The notes beneath the pieces are model-generated. The model was not told where the DNA came from. It did no database searches and worked only from the letters and a program-made list of their open reading frames with translations. A program made the position numbers and the translations under genes. From positions 430,564 through 494,563 of the forward strand of contig JBAZNP010000001.1 in NCBI GenBank assembly GCA_041649155.1: 64,000 nt of DNA. Reading direction: 5' to 3'. This document shows, piece after piece, positions 40,493-52,618 of the stretch (within the stretch, counting starts at the first letter, position 1; the number at the start of each line of letters is the position of its first letter). The stretch comes from Patescibacteria group bacterium. Its GTDB lineage: Bacteria > Patescibacteriota > UBA1384 > XYA2-FULL-43-10 > 1-14-0-10-43-13.

Positions 40493-41140
40493 ATGCAGAA
40501 CGAGGTTAAGGAAAGAGCGACATGGAGATTATATGAGGGCGAGAGTTATATTTTTAATGGAGAGGTCTGGAAGAATAGACCATTACCAGTCACGATTTGG
40601 TGCCCATGGTGTTACCGTGAAACCAAAGTGATTGAGGTGTTCTATTCCGGCTCCCCTCAAGAAGTCTCCGGAAATTGTCTTAGTTGCGGCAAGAAAGTTG
40701 CAATCAAGGCAGAATTTAGCAAGCCAATGCCGGTTCCTGTGATTTCAGAAGAGCCGACTTATGGGCAAAATCGTTTCTTTGGGGTAATGCTTGGCCTGGC
40801 GGCGCTTGCGTCACATCGAGCAGTTCGTCCAGGTATGATGCCGAGAGTCCCCAATCCCTTACCTGATTCGGTTCAGGAAGGAAAGGAAATTTCATGTGAC
40901 AGGAAGTTGTTACCTCTTCGCAAAGAAGTAACAATTAAGTGTGATTGCGGAGGACAAACTGAGTCATTGGTTGTTCTTCGCAATTATGATGCGTATCTTG
41001 ATGAGAAAAAGGCGCTTGGACCTGATTTCACATCGAGAATAGGGTATCTCCGATATGCATTTGTGTATTCTCGGTTATACTTATCAGGTTTTTGCGGTGA
41101 ATGCCGCAAAAGAGTTGAGGCTTCTATTAAGCTCGACTAA
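40493..41140 (+). CDS. Cys-rich hypothetical protein with two zinc-ribbon-like units
   Basis: CPWC..CLSC and CDC..CGEC; downstream of the riboswitch. Confidence 0.7.
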   Translation: MQNEVKERATWRLYEGESYIFNGEVWKNRPLPVTIWCPWCYRETKVIEVFYSGSPQEVSGNCLSCGKKVAIKAEFSKPMPVPVISEEPTYGQNRFFGVMLGLAALASHRAVRPGMMPRVPNPLPDSVQEGKEISCDRKLLPLRKEVTIKCDCGGQTESLVVLRNYDAYLDEKKALGPDFTSRIGYLRYAFVYSRLYLSGFCGECRKRVEASIKLD

Positions 41141-41145
41141 ATTAC

Positions 41146-41177
41146 AAAAAGGACCGGCGAATATCGCGGTCCTTTTT
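41146..41177. terminator. Bidirectional intrinsic terminator
   Basis: AAAAAGGACCG..CGGTCCTTTTT between convergent genes. Confidence 0.75.
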
Positions 41178-41192
41178 CCTTATGTAAAAAAG

Positions 41193-41990
41193 CTATTTTA
41201 CATTAACAGTGCCATCTTCTTGCTTGATTTCGAACTCAAAATCGAATGGATCAGATGGAATGGCCTTTAAGATTCTAGCACTTACTAAATCATTTAGTTC
41301 TGCGGGATATTTTTTATTTATCTCATAATATTGTTTTGAAGCTTGTTCCAAGAGGTTCATTATTTCAAAATGGATAAGATAGTTTTTAGCTCTTTCTTTT
41401 ACGATTTCGTCATTTGTTGTTTCGTAAATTCCGGCCCAGATTTGCTTTGTTTGTTCTCGTTTGTCTGATCTTGATCCATATCTGGTTGAAACTTTTTTAA
41501 TTCCATCGGGAACACCTGGTGTGTTTGCGGTTATATCAAAATATTTAGCGGCATTAACCGAATCATCTTTATCTAGATGGTAGGTTGTAGCCAGATAGTA
41601 AGGAATTCTCCAATCATTATTGATGTTTTCAACGCCTTTTTTGGCTAGTTCAATGCCTTGGTCAGTAAATTTAATACTTGGTAAGACAAGTGCCCCGAAT
41701 GCATAGGGATAGGCGAATTTGGAGTCCAAATCAGTTGATAAAGAAAGATAACTTGGTAATTTCTCACTCGTTTTGCTTTCACTTCCACCGAAATATTGAA
41801 TGGCTAAGAGCCAAGTTGCATCGGCTGCCGCATTATCTAACCCGAGATCGGCTACTTTGATAATTTCTGGTTTTAAAACCAAGGGTTCTCTAAATAGCAT
41901 ATTCTTTTTTTGAACATCAAAAAGATATTGGACGGAAATGACGCCCGCCATGCAGGTTAGCAATAAGATGGTTGATAGATATTTTTTCAT
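41193..41990 (-). CDS. Membrane-anchored protein, PilG-like partner of the ABC system
   Basis: N-terminal TM, AADATWLLAIQYFG, TPR-like helices, YPAELNDLV..IPSDPF tail. Confidence 0.7.
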   Translation of the reverse strand: MKKYLSTILLLTCMAGVISVQYLFDVQKKNMLFREPLVLKPEIIKVADLGLDNAAADATWLLAIQYFGGSESKTSEKLPSYLSLSTDLDSKFAYPYAFGALVLPSIKFTDQGIELAKKGVENINNDWRIPYYLATTYHLDKDDSVNAAKYFDITANTPGVPDGIKKVSTRYGSRSDKREQTKQIWAGIYETTNDEIVKERAKNYLIHFEIMNLLEQASKQYYEINKKYPAELNDLVSARILKAIPSDPFDFEFEIKQEDGTVNVK

Positions 41991-41995
41991 AAACA

Positions 41996-42098
41996 AGTTG
42001 TCGGTAAATCAGTTGTCGGTAAATCAGTACTAAGAAATCCCTTGTCGAGCTCGGAACTATCTCGCGACTTACAACTTACAACTTATTTACTTACTACT
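41996..42098. repeat. AGTTGTC/TACAACT inverted-arm element
   Basis: (AGTTGTCGGTAAATC)2 ... GACTTACAACTTACAACTTATTTACTTACTACT. Confidence 0.8.
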
Positions 42099-42101
42099 AA
42101 A

Positions 42102-42863
42102 TTAAAGGTCCTGTTTCTTCAAGGCTGAAATCGCTAAGGAAAGCAAGACTGTTGTGAAAAGGACGGAATAGACTACAGGGTAAATTATCTGGGCGGAATT
42201 GGGAAGAGAACCATAGACAACATCATTTCGCAAATTGAATTTTTCTAGATTTGGGAAAATATAATAAGCAATTCCAAGCAAATAATGGATAAATGGTCCT
42301 GATTTTTCGGCAAAACTTTTTGTAATACTAATGGAATGACCGATATAAAGAATGATAATGGTGTAAATTGTTCCGGCTAATGGAGCGGTAATGGTTGAAA
42401 ATACGATAGTAAGTGCAATTAAGATCGCTATTTCAAAAATCAAAAGCAAAATTGCGAATAGGGAAACATAGTCGAATCCGCCGCCTTTGATACCAACAAC
42501 AGTTAAGTAAATTCCAGTCATGAATAGAATATTCAGACTAATACTGGACCAGAGGCCAAAGAATTTTCCAAGGATAAATTGAAAGACTGAGACAGGTTTG
42601 GAAAATATTATATAAAGAGTTCTCTTCTCCAGTTCCTTGTAGACAAGCGAGGTTCCGAGAAAAATGGTGATGATTAAGCTAAACACGTAAATGCCGGCTA
42701 GCCCAAGATCTTTTATTACTTTAATGTCTTCGCCAAGCGAGATTGATCCAAACATGGTGGTGGAGATTAGAAAAAGAAGAGCAAAGGCGAGGATGCCGTA
42801 TAGAATTCTATCCCGAATGGTTTCTTTAAATGTATTTTTTGCGATAGTTAATATATTTTTCAT
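42102..42863 (-). CDS. ABC-2 type permease (PilI-like)
   Basis: IAKNTFKETIRDRILY, ELEKRTLYIIFSKPVS..FILGKF. Confidence 0.85.
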   Translation of the reverse strand: MKNILTIAKNTFKETIRDRILYGILAFALLFLISTTMFGSISLGEDIKVIKDLGLAGIYVFSLIITIFLGTSLVYKELEKRTLYIIFSKPVSVFQFILGKFFGLWSSISLNILFMTGIYLTVVGIKGGGFDYVSLFAILLLIFEIAILIALTIVFSTITAPLAGTIYTIIILYIGHSISITKSFAEKSGPFIHYLLGIAYYIFPNLEKFNLRNDVVYGSLPNSAQIIYPVVYSVLFTTVLLSLAISALKKQDL

Positions 42864-42868
42864 AATGT

Positions 42869-43555
42869 TTACTTGCTTATTAGCTTATCTACAAACGCAT
42901 CTTCCAGTGATTTGTTTTTGCAAAATCCCTTCACGTCTCCGGAATATATCAATTTTCCTTTGTTAATAATGCCGATCTGATCGCAAATTTCTTCAACATC
43001 AGAGAGAATGTGGGAGTTAAAGAAGATGGTTTTACCTCGTTTTTTAATGTCCAAAAGGATTTCTTTGAACTCGCGACGGCCGATGGGGTCCAAACCGTCC
43101 AGTGGTTCATCTAAAAAGATATAATCAGGATCATTTATTATTGCCTGAGCCAAGCCAAGTCGTTGTTTCATGCCTTTAGAAAAATTCTCTATTTTTTCTT
43201 TTGCTGCTTTTTCTAGACCGACTTTTTTGAGCATTTTTTCTGAGTCACCATTGGTGATGGTGAATAGATTTTTCATGAAGTTTAAAAACTCTAAAGCAGT
43301 CAGGTGGTCATAGAAATATGGGTCCTCCGGCATGAAACCAATGATTTCTCGGTTTTTGGATATTGGTTTTCCGCCTATTTCAATGATGCCTTTTTGAGGC
43401 TTGCTTAAACCGACGATCATTTTGATAGTGGTTGTTTTACCGGCGCCGTTTGGACCAAGAAATCCAAAGATGGAGCCCTTTTTGATTTCAAGGTTCAAAT
43501 CATCAACTATTTTGGTTTTCCCGTAGGATTTTGAAAGGTTTGTAATTTTGATCAT
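42869..43555 (-). CDS. ABC ATPase (PilH-like)
   Basis: GPNGAGKTT, FSKGMKQRL, LDEPLDGLD; start set at MIKIT. Confidence 0.92.
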   Translation of the reverse strand: MIKITNLSKSYGKTKIVDDLNLEIKKGSIFGFLGPNGAGKTTTIKMIVGLSKPQKGIIEIGGKPISKNREIIGFMPEDPYFYDHLTALEFLNFMKNLFTITNGDSEKMLKKVGLEKAAKEKIENFSKGMKQRLGLAQAIINDPDYIFLDEPLDGLDPIGRREFKEILLDIKKRGKTIFFNSHILSDVEEICDQIGIINKGKLIYSGDVKGFCKNKSLEDAFVDKLISK

Positions 43556-43608
43556 AATGTTAAACAAGTAAGCGTATAAGCTAATAAGCAAGCAAGTATT
43601 TATTTTGT

Positions 43609-43688
43609 TGTCATTTCGACCCCGTGAGCTTTGTCGAACGGTTGGAGAAATCTTATCAAAAGATCCCTCCACTGCGGTCGGGATGACA
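43609..43688. repeat. TGTCAT..ATGACA palindromic element
   Basis: TGTCATTTCGACC..GGTCGGGATGACA with internal TGAGCTTTGTCGAA. Confidence 0.8.
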
Positions 43689-43796
43689 GAGTGTGTAACA
43701 AAATCATTTTAAAGCGAAATATTTTTTTGTGCAATATTGTCGAGGAGGCGGTTTTGTGGTATAAGAATGACAAAGTAGGATGCGGGAATAACATCG

Positions 43797-44816
43797 ATGA
43801 ATATTCAAAAACGAAAAATTATTGCAATTGTGGGGCCGACGGCTAGTGGAAAAACGGCTGTTGGAGTGAAGCTTGCCAGAGAATTTAATGGTGAGATTGT
43901 TTCAGCTGATTCTCGCCAGGTTTTTCGTGGACTCGATATTGGAACAGGCAAAGATCTAGCTGAATATGGCGAGGTTAAATATCACATGATTGATATTTGT
44001 GAACCTGAAGAAGATTTTAATTTGTTTAAATATTTGGAGCTGGCTAGGGCGGTAATCGAAGATATTTTTTCGCGAGGGAAATTGCCGATTATTGTCGGGG
44101 GAACAGGACTATACATCCAAGCGCTCACCCAAGGGTTCGCGCTTGAAAAAATTCAAAATTCAAAATTCAAAATTCAAAATTATAGTGAGCGTTTCACGCA
44201 CGGACTATTAGATAGAGGAGCATTGAATAGTAAGACGGTTTCAGAGCTGCAAAATATTTTACAAGAGCTAGACATTAAAGCGTATGAAAATTTGGCGGAT
44301 AAGAAAAATCCTCATAGGCTTATTCGGGCAATTGAGAGAGCGCAGAGCAGAGAAGTTATTACGAAAGAAAAGCCCGATTTTGAAGTGCTGCAAATTGGTT
44401 TGGACTGGCCCAGAGAGGAACTAAATAAACGGATTGATAAAAGAGTTGATGATAGATTTGAACAGGGAATGCTTGGCGAAGCTGAACTATTATTAAAATC
44501 GGGGGTTGATCCGGAATGGTTATTAAAATTGGGGCTAGAATATAGAATAATGACCAGCTTTCTTCTTGAAATCGCTAAATTGTTAAATTGCTCTATTGCT
44601 GACCTCACCCCAACCCTCTCCTTGTTAAGGAGAGGGAGCGTCGATATAACAATGGAACAATATAACAATGATTTTGAGTTGATGAAAGATCAACTCAAGT
44701 TGCGTTCTCATCAATATGCTAAAAGGCAAATGACTTGGTTTAAAAGGTTTCCTGAGATTACTTGGGAAAAAGATTATAAAAAAATAAGTGAATTAGTTGA
44801 AAATTATTTGAACTAA
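43797..44816 (+). CDS. miaA: tRNA dimethylallyltransferase
   Basis: GPTASGKT, SADSRQV..LDIGTGK, VGGTGLY, YAKRQMTWF. Confidence 0.96.
   Translation: MNIQKRKIIAIVGPTASGKTAVGVKLAREFNGEIVSADSRQVFRGLDIGTGKDLAEYGEVKYHMIDICEPEEDFNLFKYLELARAVIEDIFSRGKLPIIVGGTGLYIQALTQGFALEKIQNSKFKIQNYSERFTHGLLDRGALNSKTVSELQNILQELDIKAYENLADKKNPHRLIRAIERAQSREVITKEKPDFEVLQIGLDWPREELNKRIDKRVDDRFEQGMLGEAELLLKSGVDPEWLLKLGLEYRIMTSFLLEIAKLLNCSIADLTPTLSLLRRGSVDITMEQYNNDFELMKDQLKLRSHQYAKRQMTWFKRFPEITWEKDYKKISELVENYLN
44571..44669. repeat. Composite octamer-arm/BoxC-like element (99 nt), in frame in miaA
   Basis: Homologous end to end to the intergenic copy at 53442-53534. Confidence 0.88.
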
Positions 44817-44908
44817 ATGTTCTACGGATATTTGTCTTTAGCACAAGTAGCTTTTTTTGTGCTTGATTTGGTAGTATTATAGAAAACATGATTTACTAAT
44901 AACTATCT

Positions 44909-44956
44909 TGGATCCCCGCCTGCGCGGGGATGACAAAATGGGGCGCGGGGATGACA
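44909..44956. repeat. Half palindromic element with duplicated GCGCGGGGATGACA end
   Basis: TGGATCCCCGCCTGCGCGGGGATGACAAAATGGGGCGCGGGGATGACA. Confidence 0.8.
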
Positions 44957-45008
44957 AAAATAGATGCAGGGATGGAGTGGAGGGACGATAAAATATTAAG
45001 GAGGTTTT

Positions 45009-46787
45009 ATGTGTGGAATTGTTGGATATTTTGGAAATAGAAATGGCGTTAATGTAGTTGTTGATGGCCTTAAGAAGCTTGAATACAGGGGATATGACTC
45101 TTGGGGAATTGCCCTTCGACAAGCTCAGGGTAAACTACTGACATATAAACGAGTCGGCAAGATTGGTTCTCTTGATCCTAAAAAAGATCTGAAAGATTTT
45201 TCGGGAAATGTTTGTATCGGTCATACAAGATGGGCAACTCATGGGGGAGTAACGGAAAAGAACTCTCATCCGCATCTTTCTCAAAACGGTCGGTTTGCAG
45301 TCGTTCATAATGGGATTGTCGAGAACTATCAGGAATTAAGAAAAGAGTTGGAAAGCAAAGGTGTAAAGTTTAAATCTGAAACTGATACTGAAATTATTCC
45401 AAATTTAATAGAACTAGAATTCGCAAAAAAGAAAGATTTTACTAAATCAGTTATCTCCGCGCTCAAAAAATTGGAAGGAAGTTTTGCGGTTGGAATTTTA
45501 GATTCAGAGTCAAATTGCCTTATTGGAGCAAGAAGAGGAAGTCCGTTAGTTGTCGGTTTGGGTGATAGAGAATTTTTCTTAGCTTCGGATGTGCCGGCAT
45601 TCTTAAATTTTACGAATAAAGTTGTATTTTTAGATGAAGATCAGCTTGCCAAAATTGAAGATGATTCATATGAAGTGATTGATATTTCTACTGGAAAAGA
45701 GATAAGGGCTAAAGTTACAAAAATTGAATGGTCTTTTGAGGAGGCGGAAAAAGGTGGCTATCCTCATTTTATGATTAAGGAAATGTTGGAACAGCCCAAC
45801 GTAATTAAAAAAACCATTGGTACAGACATTCCTGAGCTGGAAAAAGCGGCTAAGTTAATCAAAAAAGCAAAAAATATTTATATCGTTGCTTGTGGGACAG
45901 CTTTGCACGCCTGTATGTATGGTAGCTATGTTTTGGCTCATAACAATGAATTAAATGCTCGCCCAATTTCGGCGGGGGAATTTCCATATTTTTCTCATTT
46001 GATTAATAAAGACGATTTGATAATCGCTGTATCACAGAGCGGTGAGACGGCTGATGTGTTGGAATCGGTTAAAAGCGCTAAAGAAAAGGGTGCCAAGATT
46101 CTTGCTCTTGTAAATGTGATGGGTTCGTCTTTGATGCGGATTGCTGATCAGGCCATTTTGACAAAAGCTGGTCCGGAGATTTGCGTTCTTTCAACGAAGG
46201 CCTATGTTTCTCAAATGGCGATGTTTGTGATGTTGTCTTCTGTCTTGAAGAATAACATTGAGGAAGGCAAGAAGATATTGAAACAAGCTCAGGATGACAT
46301 TCTTAGTATTATTTCTGATAAATCCCGATCAAAAATCAAGAAACTGGCTCAAAAATTATCAAAACTAGACAATATTTATGCCATTGGCCGCGGATTTAAC
46401 TACGCCACTGCGCTCGAAGCTTGCCTTAAGATTAAAGAAGTTTCGTACATCCATGCCGAGGGTTTTGCTGGCGGTGATCTGAAACATGGACCAATTGCAT
46501 TAGTCGAAAGTGGGACGCCGGTTTTGGTTTTTGTCGGGAATGACGGTTCGGAGAGGGAAATTATCTCTAACGCGATGGAAGTAAAATCACGTGGAGCGGA
46601 TGTAATCGGCATTTCCTTTGAAGACAATTCTGCTTTTGCTACTTTTTTGCCGGTTAAAAAAAATGGGATATATACTCCCATTTCTTCTATAGTTTATTCT
46701 CAACTTTTGGCCTACTATATCGCACTTGAAAAGAATTTAGATCCAGACAAGCCAAGAAATTTGGCAAAGAGTGTGACGGTTAAATAA
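45009..46787 (+). CDS. glmS: Glutamine-fructose-6-phosphate aminotransferase
   Basis: MCGIVG, LEYRGYDS, GHTRWATHG, SQSGETAD, PRNLAKSVTV. Confidence 0.97.
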   Translation: MCGIVGYFGNRNGVNVVVDGLKKLEYRGYDSWGIALRQAQGKLLTYKRVGKIGSLDPKKDLKDFSGNVCIGHTRWATHGGVTEKNSHPHLSQNGRFAVVHNGIVENYQELRKELESKGVKFKSETDTEIIPNLIELEFAKKKDFTKSVISALKKLEGSFAVGILDSESNCLIGARRGSPLVVGLGDREFFLASDVPAFLNFTNKVVFLDEDQLAKIEDDSYEVIDISTGKEIRAKVTKIEWSFEEAEKGGYPHFMIKEMLEQPNVIKKTIGTDIPELEKAAKLIKKAKNIYIVACGTALHACMYGSYVLAHNNELNARPISAGEFPYFSHLINKDDLIIAVSQSGETADVLESVKSAKEKGAKILALVNVMGSSLMRIADQAILTKAGPEICVLSTKAYVSQMAMFVMLSSVLKNNIEEGKKILKQAQDDILSIISDKSRSKIKKLAQKLSKLDNIYAIGRGFNYATALEACLKIKEVSYIHAEGFAGGDLKHGPIALVESGTPVLVFVGNDGSEREIISNAMEVKSRGADVIGISFEDNSAFATFLPVKKNGIYTPISSIVYSQLLAYYIALEKNLDPDKPRNLAKSVTVK

Positions 46788-46893
46788 GTAGTAAGTTGTA
46801 AGTAAATAAGTTATAAGTTGAACAGGAACTTGTTTCAGGATGATAAGATAGATGGCGTTTGACTTACTGCTGATTTACTGACTACTGACAACT
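46787..46893. repeat. AGTTGTA/GACAACT inverted-arm element enclosing a GAACTTGTTTCAGGAT palindrome remnant
   Basis: Between convergent glmS and atpC; remnant matches the rsmI insert. Confidence 0.75.
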
Positions 46894-47004
46894 AGCTTCG
46901 GTACTTTTTTCTTCTCTTCAAGATATTCAATCCACTCACCAAAGCAAGCTCGGTGAGGGATTTCGCTGGCTTGGATAAATACGAGAATTAGTTCAAAGTT
47001 TTGT

Positions 47005-47418
47005 TTATTTATACTTTTTGCGTCGTTTTAGGATGCTCAATTTAGCGATTTGTTTCTCTAAGTGGGCAGCGGCATCGGCGTATTCAATATCACTCTTGGC
47101 ATTGGCGAGCAAGTGCTCGGCATGATTTTTGGCTTCTTCAATTTTGAGTGCGTCAAGAGAGTCAATGTCTTCAGCAGTATCGGCCAGAATTTTCACTGTA
47201 TTGTTTGATATTTCTACAATGCCGCCCTCGGTAGCCAGAATATTCTCTTTTCCGTTGATTTTTAATCGTATTTCTCCGGGAGACAAAAGAGAAATCACCG
47301 GCATATGATTTGGTAAAATCGTAATTTGACCATCCGGAGTCGGGAGGGTGGCTTCGGATACAGTCTGGTCGTACTTTACGCCTTCGGGCGAAATAAGTTT
47401 TAAGTTAAAGGTATTCAT
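47005..47418 (-). CDS. atpC: ATP synthase epsilon subunit
   Basis: LKLISPEG, GQITILPNHMP, GGIVEI; start set at MNTF. Confidence 0.93.
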   Translation of the reverse strand: MNTFNLKLISPEGVKYDQTVSEATLPTPDGQITILPNHMPVISLLSPGEIRLKINGKENILATEGGIVEISNNTVKILADTAEDIDSLDALKIEEAKNHAEHLLANAKSDIEYADAAAHLEKQIAKLSILKRRKKYK

Positions 47419-47421
47419 AAT

Positions 47422-47492
47422 TGTTATTCCGGACTTGATCCGGAATCTATATAAATAATTATTCTGGATCCCCGATCGAGTCGGGGATAGCA
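47422..47492. repeat. TGTTAT..ATAGCA palindromic element between atpD and atpC
   Basis: ATTCCGGACTTGATCCGGAAT and ATCCCCGATCGAGTCGGGGAT hairpins. Confidence 0.8.
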
Positions 47493-47495
47493 AAA

Positions 47496-49282
<1,787 letters not shown>

Positions 49283-49319
49283 AGCAATATATCAATTTAA
49301 CAATATAACAATTTGCGCT

Positions 49320-50258
49320 TTAGCGCATTGCTTCTGCTGCGCCTGAAATCTCGGCGATTTCATTTGTAATCGAATTCTGCCTGATTGTGTTATATGTCAG
49401 AGTTAAATCGTCAATTAAGTTGCCGGCATTGTCCGTTGCATTTTTCATTGCTACCATTCTGGATGAATGTTCGGAGGCATTTGCCTCAAGAACTGCTCCG
49501 TAAATTTGCATTCGGATGAATCGATATAATAATTTTTCCAGAATTGTGTCGGCATTCGGCTCTAATTTATATTCGGTTTGACTAGAGGGGACTGTCCTTT
49601 CTGGGGTCTGGGGACTGTCCCCGGATTCCCAAAGTTCTGGCAGGTCTATATGATCTTTTTCTAGCGGCATGACTTGTTTGACTACAGGAATCTGCTTCAG
49701 AGATGAAACAAAGTGCGAATAAATTATAACCACTTTGCTATATGTTCCGTTTAAATATTCTCCATTCGACATTTTTGATATTGGGATTATATCTTCTAAA
49801 GAAATATTATTTTCCAGTCCGTCAAAAGCGGCAATTAATTTTCCAATTTTGTAATTATTTACAAATTCGGCGCCTTTTTTACCAACGGCAATGATGTCGC
49901 AATCACCCAAAAATTCACATTTATTATCGGTAGGGCAGCACTCTGCTTTTACAAAACTTGTCAATTTTTTTAGAGCATCGGAATTATAGGCGCCACAAAG
50001 GCCTCGATCTGATGTTACAAAAATGATGGCTGTTTTGTTGGTCTCTTGCGGTCTAAGAAGGGGATGATTTTTTGGTAAGGTCAGATTGGCAAGTTTAAGA
50101 AGCATATTCCATGAATTTTGGACATAAGCTCTTGCTTCTGTGATTGATTTGATCGATTTTTGCATCTTAACAGAAGCGACCATTTCCATCGCTTTGGTGA
50201 TTTGTTTTGTGTTATTGACCGATTTTATTCGGCGTCTAAATTCTTGTGTTGATGCCAT
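49320..50258 (-). CDS. atpG: ATP synthase gamma subunit
   Basis: KQITKAMEMVA, SDRGLCGAYN, SEHSSRMVAMKNATDNA. Confidence 0.97.
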   Translation of the reverse strand: MASTQEFRRRIKSVNNTKQITKAMEMVASVKMQKSIKSITEARAYVQNSWNMLLKLANLTLPKNHPLLRPQETNKTAIIFVTSDRGLCGAYNSDALKKLTSFVKAECCPTDNKCEFLGDCDIIAVGKKGAEFVNNYKIGKLIAAFDGLENNISLEDIIPISKMSNGEYLNGTYSKVVIIYSHFVSSLKQIPVVKQVMPLEKDHIDLPELWESGDSPQTPERTVPSSQTEYKLEPNADTILEKLLYRFIRMQIYGAVLEANASEHSSRMVAMKNATDNAGNLIDDLTLTYNTIRQNSITNEIAEISGAAEAMR

Positions 50259-50297
50259 AATATTCTTAATTTATAATTTTCAATTTTTATCCCTAAC

Positions 50298-50391
50298 TGT
50301 CATTGCGAGGAGCGTAAGCGACGAAGCAATCTGTTGTAAGATTGCCACGCCTCTTCGAGGCTTCCTCCAGAAGCGGACAAGTGCAATGACG
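50298..50391. repeat. TGTCATTGCGAG..GCAATGAC palindromic element between atpA and atpG
   Basis: Terminal inverted repeat GTCATTGC/GCAATGAC; half copy at 15585-15621. Confidence 0.8.
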
Positions 50392-50398
50392 AATGATA

Positions 50399-52030
50399 TT
50401 AGCCTGTCGTTGCGGTTGCTTCTTCTGTGGTTTCGGTATCCTCTTCGTTGGTCTCTTCTTTATCTTTCCTAACCTTTTTCTTTGAAGATTTTTTATTCTC
50501 TTTCACCATAACTTCTTCAACTCTTTTTGTATTCTTCTCAAGAAACTCTTTCAATTTTTTCTCATTCGCTTCTGACATTTCACCGGTTTTTCTAATATCT
50601 ACTAAAATTCCTTTGATTCCGATTCGGGCTTTTTTAAGCAATTCCTCTTCAGCCTTTTTGATCTCAGATATTTCATAACCATCCAAATAGCCGTTGGTAG
50701 CGGAGTAAACCATCAAAACCTGTTCCTCAATCGACATTGGTTGATATTGGGGCTGCTTTAACATTTCCGTTATTCTCTTGCCTCTCTCGATTGACTTTTT
50801 GGTTTCGGGGTCAAGATCGGAAGCAAACTGGGCGAAGGCAGCTAGTTCTCGGTATTGTGCCATTTCAAGCTTGAGTTTACCAGCTACTTTTTTCATAGCC
50901 TTGATTTGAGCTGAACCACCAACACGAGAAACGGAAATTCCAATATTTAATGCCGGACGAATGCCCTGGTAGAAAAGGTCTGACTCAAGAAATATTTGGC
51001 CGTCGGTGATAGAAATAACGTTTGTGGGGATGTAAGCGGAAACATCACCAGCTTGAGTTTCAATGATAGGAAGAGCGGTAATTGAACCTCCTCCATAATT
51101 TTTATTCAATCGAGCCGAACGCTCAAGAAGTCGAGAGTGGAGGTAAAAAACATCGCCAGGGTAGGCTTCTCGTCCTGGGGGACGTCGCAAAAGCAGAGAA
51201 ACCTGACGATAAGCCCAAGCGTGCTTGGTTAAATCATCATAAATAATTAAAACATCTCTGCCTTTCTCCATAAAATATTCGCCAATAGCGCAACCAGCAT
51301 ATGGGGCAATGTAGGCAAGGGGAGCGGGATCGGAGGCACCAGCCACGACAATGGTTGTGTAATCCATGGCACCATGTTCTTCTAAAATGGCAGCGAGCCT
51401 GGCGATTTTAGACTGTTTTTGGCCGATAGCAACGTAAATACAGATTGGCCTTTCGTCTTTTGGCAGGTCTTTTTGGTTGATGATCGTATCAATAGCAATA
51501 GCGGTTTTGCCTGTGCCGCGGTCGCCGATAATTAACTCACGCTGACCTCGCCCGATCGGAATTAGAGCATCAATCGCTTTCATGCCGGTTTGAAGCGGCA
51601 TAGTAACGCCTTGGCGGGTGATCACGCCAGGAGCAACTTTTTCGATCGGCATGTTCTTGTCTGATTTAATTTTGGCTTTTCCGTCGATTGGTTCTCCAAG
51701 TGGATTTACTACACGGCCGACAATATCGTTGCCAACTGGTATTTCTGCGATTTTACCGGTCGTTTTTACTTTATCTCCAGCTTGAATGTGAGTATATTCG
51801 CCAAGAACGATCGCGCCGATGGAGGATTCCTCTAAATTAAAGGCCATAGCTGCGATTTTGCCCTCTTTAGACTCGATTTCAAGAAGCTCGCCACTTTTTG
51901 CGTCTTTTAAGCCGTATATTTTTGCGATACCATCGCCGATTTCCGCGACCTGACCGCCGGTCTCCTCTTTTTTATCCAAGTCAAAATTCAGGATTTCTTT
52001 TTTCAATTCTTCAATTAGATTGTCTTTCAT
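50399..52030 (-). CDS. atpA: ATP synthase alpha subunit
   Basis: [29 protein letters not shown]. Confidence 0.98.
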   Translation of the reverse strand: MKDNLIEELKKEILNFDLDKKEETGGQVAEIGDGIAKIYGLKDAKSGELLEIESKEGKIAAMAFNLEESSIGAIVLGEYTHIQAGDKVKTTGKIAEIPVGNDIVGRVVNPLGEPIDGKAKIKSDKNMPIEKVAPGVITRQGVTMPLQTGMKAIDALIPIGRGQRELIIGDRGTGKTAIAIDTIINQKDLPKDERPICIYVAIGQKQSKIARLAAILEEHGAMDYTTIVVAGASDPAPLAYIAPYAGCAIGEYFMEKGRDVLIIYDDLTKHAWAYRQVSLLLRRPPGREAYPGDVFYLHSRLLERSARLNKNYGGGSITALPIIETQAGDVSAYIPTNVISITDGQIFLESDLFYQGIRPALNIGISVSRVGGSAQIKAMKKVAGKLKLEMAQYRELAAFAQFASDLDPETKKSIERGKRITEMLKQPQYQPMSIEEQVLMVYSATNGYLDGYEISEIKKAEEELLKKARIGIKGILVDIRKTGEMSEANEKKLKEFLEKNTKRVEEVMVKENKKSSKKKVRKDKEETNEEDTETTEEATATTG

Positions 52031-52099
52031 GGTACTCCTAGTTGTCAGTAAATCAGTTGTCAGTTCTCAGTTATTTACAACCTACTACTGTTTTACTTA

Positions 52100-52495
52100 C
52101 TACTTGTTATTATTTAAGGCGTTTTTAAGCCGGTTTACTTTGTTTTCTAAACTCAAATCAATTTCTATATCATCTGCTTTGACTATTATTCCAGCAGTTT
52201 GACTGGGTGTAATTATATTTTTTAAAATTAACTCTTTTTTAAATTGTTTAGTCAACTTATCTTCGATTTCTTTGGTTTGATCTTTGTCTAATGCTTTTGA
52301 CGAATAAACTTTAACTAAAATTTTATTGTTTTGTTTCGCATACTCAGAATCAAGGCACTCAAGAATTTTTGATAAATCCTTATGCTGATTGTTTCGCTGC
52401 AATTTGTACCAGAAATTCTTGGCGATATCTTTGATATTGCCTTGTTCCATTCCTGCAATCAGGACTTTTGCATATTGTTCTGGGGTAATTTTCAT
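52100..52495 (-). CDS. atpH: ATP synthase delta subunit, short form
   Basis: Operon position; YAKVL, AGIIVK..IDLSL. Confidence 0.85.
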   Translation of the reverse strand: MKITPEQYAKVLIAGMEQGNIKDIAKNFWYKLQRNNQHKDLSKILECLDSEYAKQNNKILVKVYSSKALDKDQTKEIEDKLTKQFKKELILKNIITPSQTAGIIVKADDIEIDLSLENKVNRLKNALNNNK

Positions 52496-52502
52496 AATAT
52501 TA

Positions 52503-52612
52503 ATTGCTATATTGCTATATTGCTATATTGCTATATTGCTATATTGTCATATTGCTACTGCCCAGGCTCCTGTAGCCTTAACAATTTAACAATAAAACAA
52601 TGTAACAATAAT
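52503..52612. repeat. (ATTGCTAT)n / (AACAAT..)n inverted octamer arms
   Basis: Five exact ATTGCTAT plus two variants, spacer, then four AACAATNN units. Confidence 0.9.
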
Positions 52613-52618
52613 AATGAT

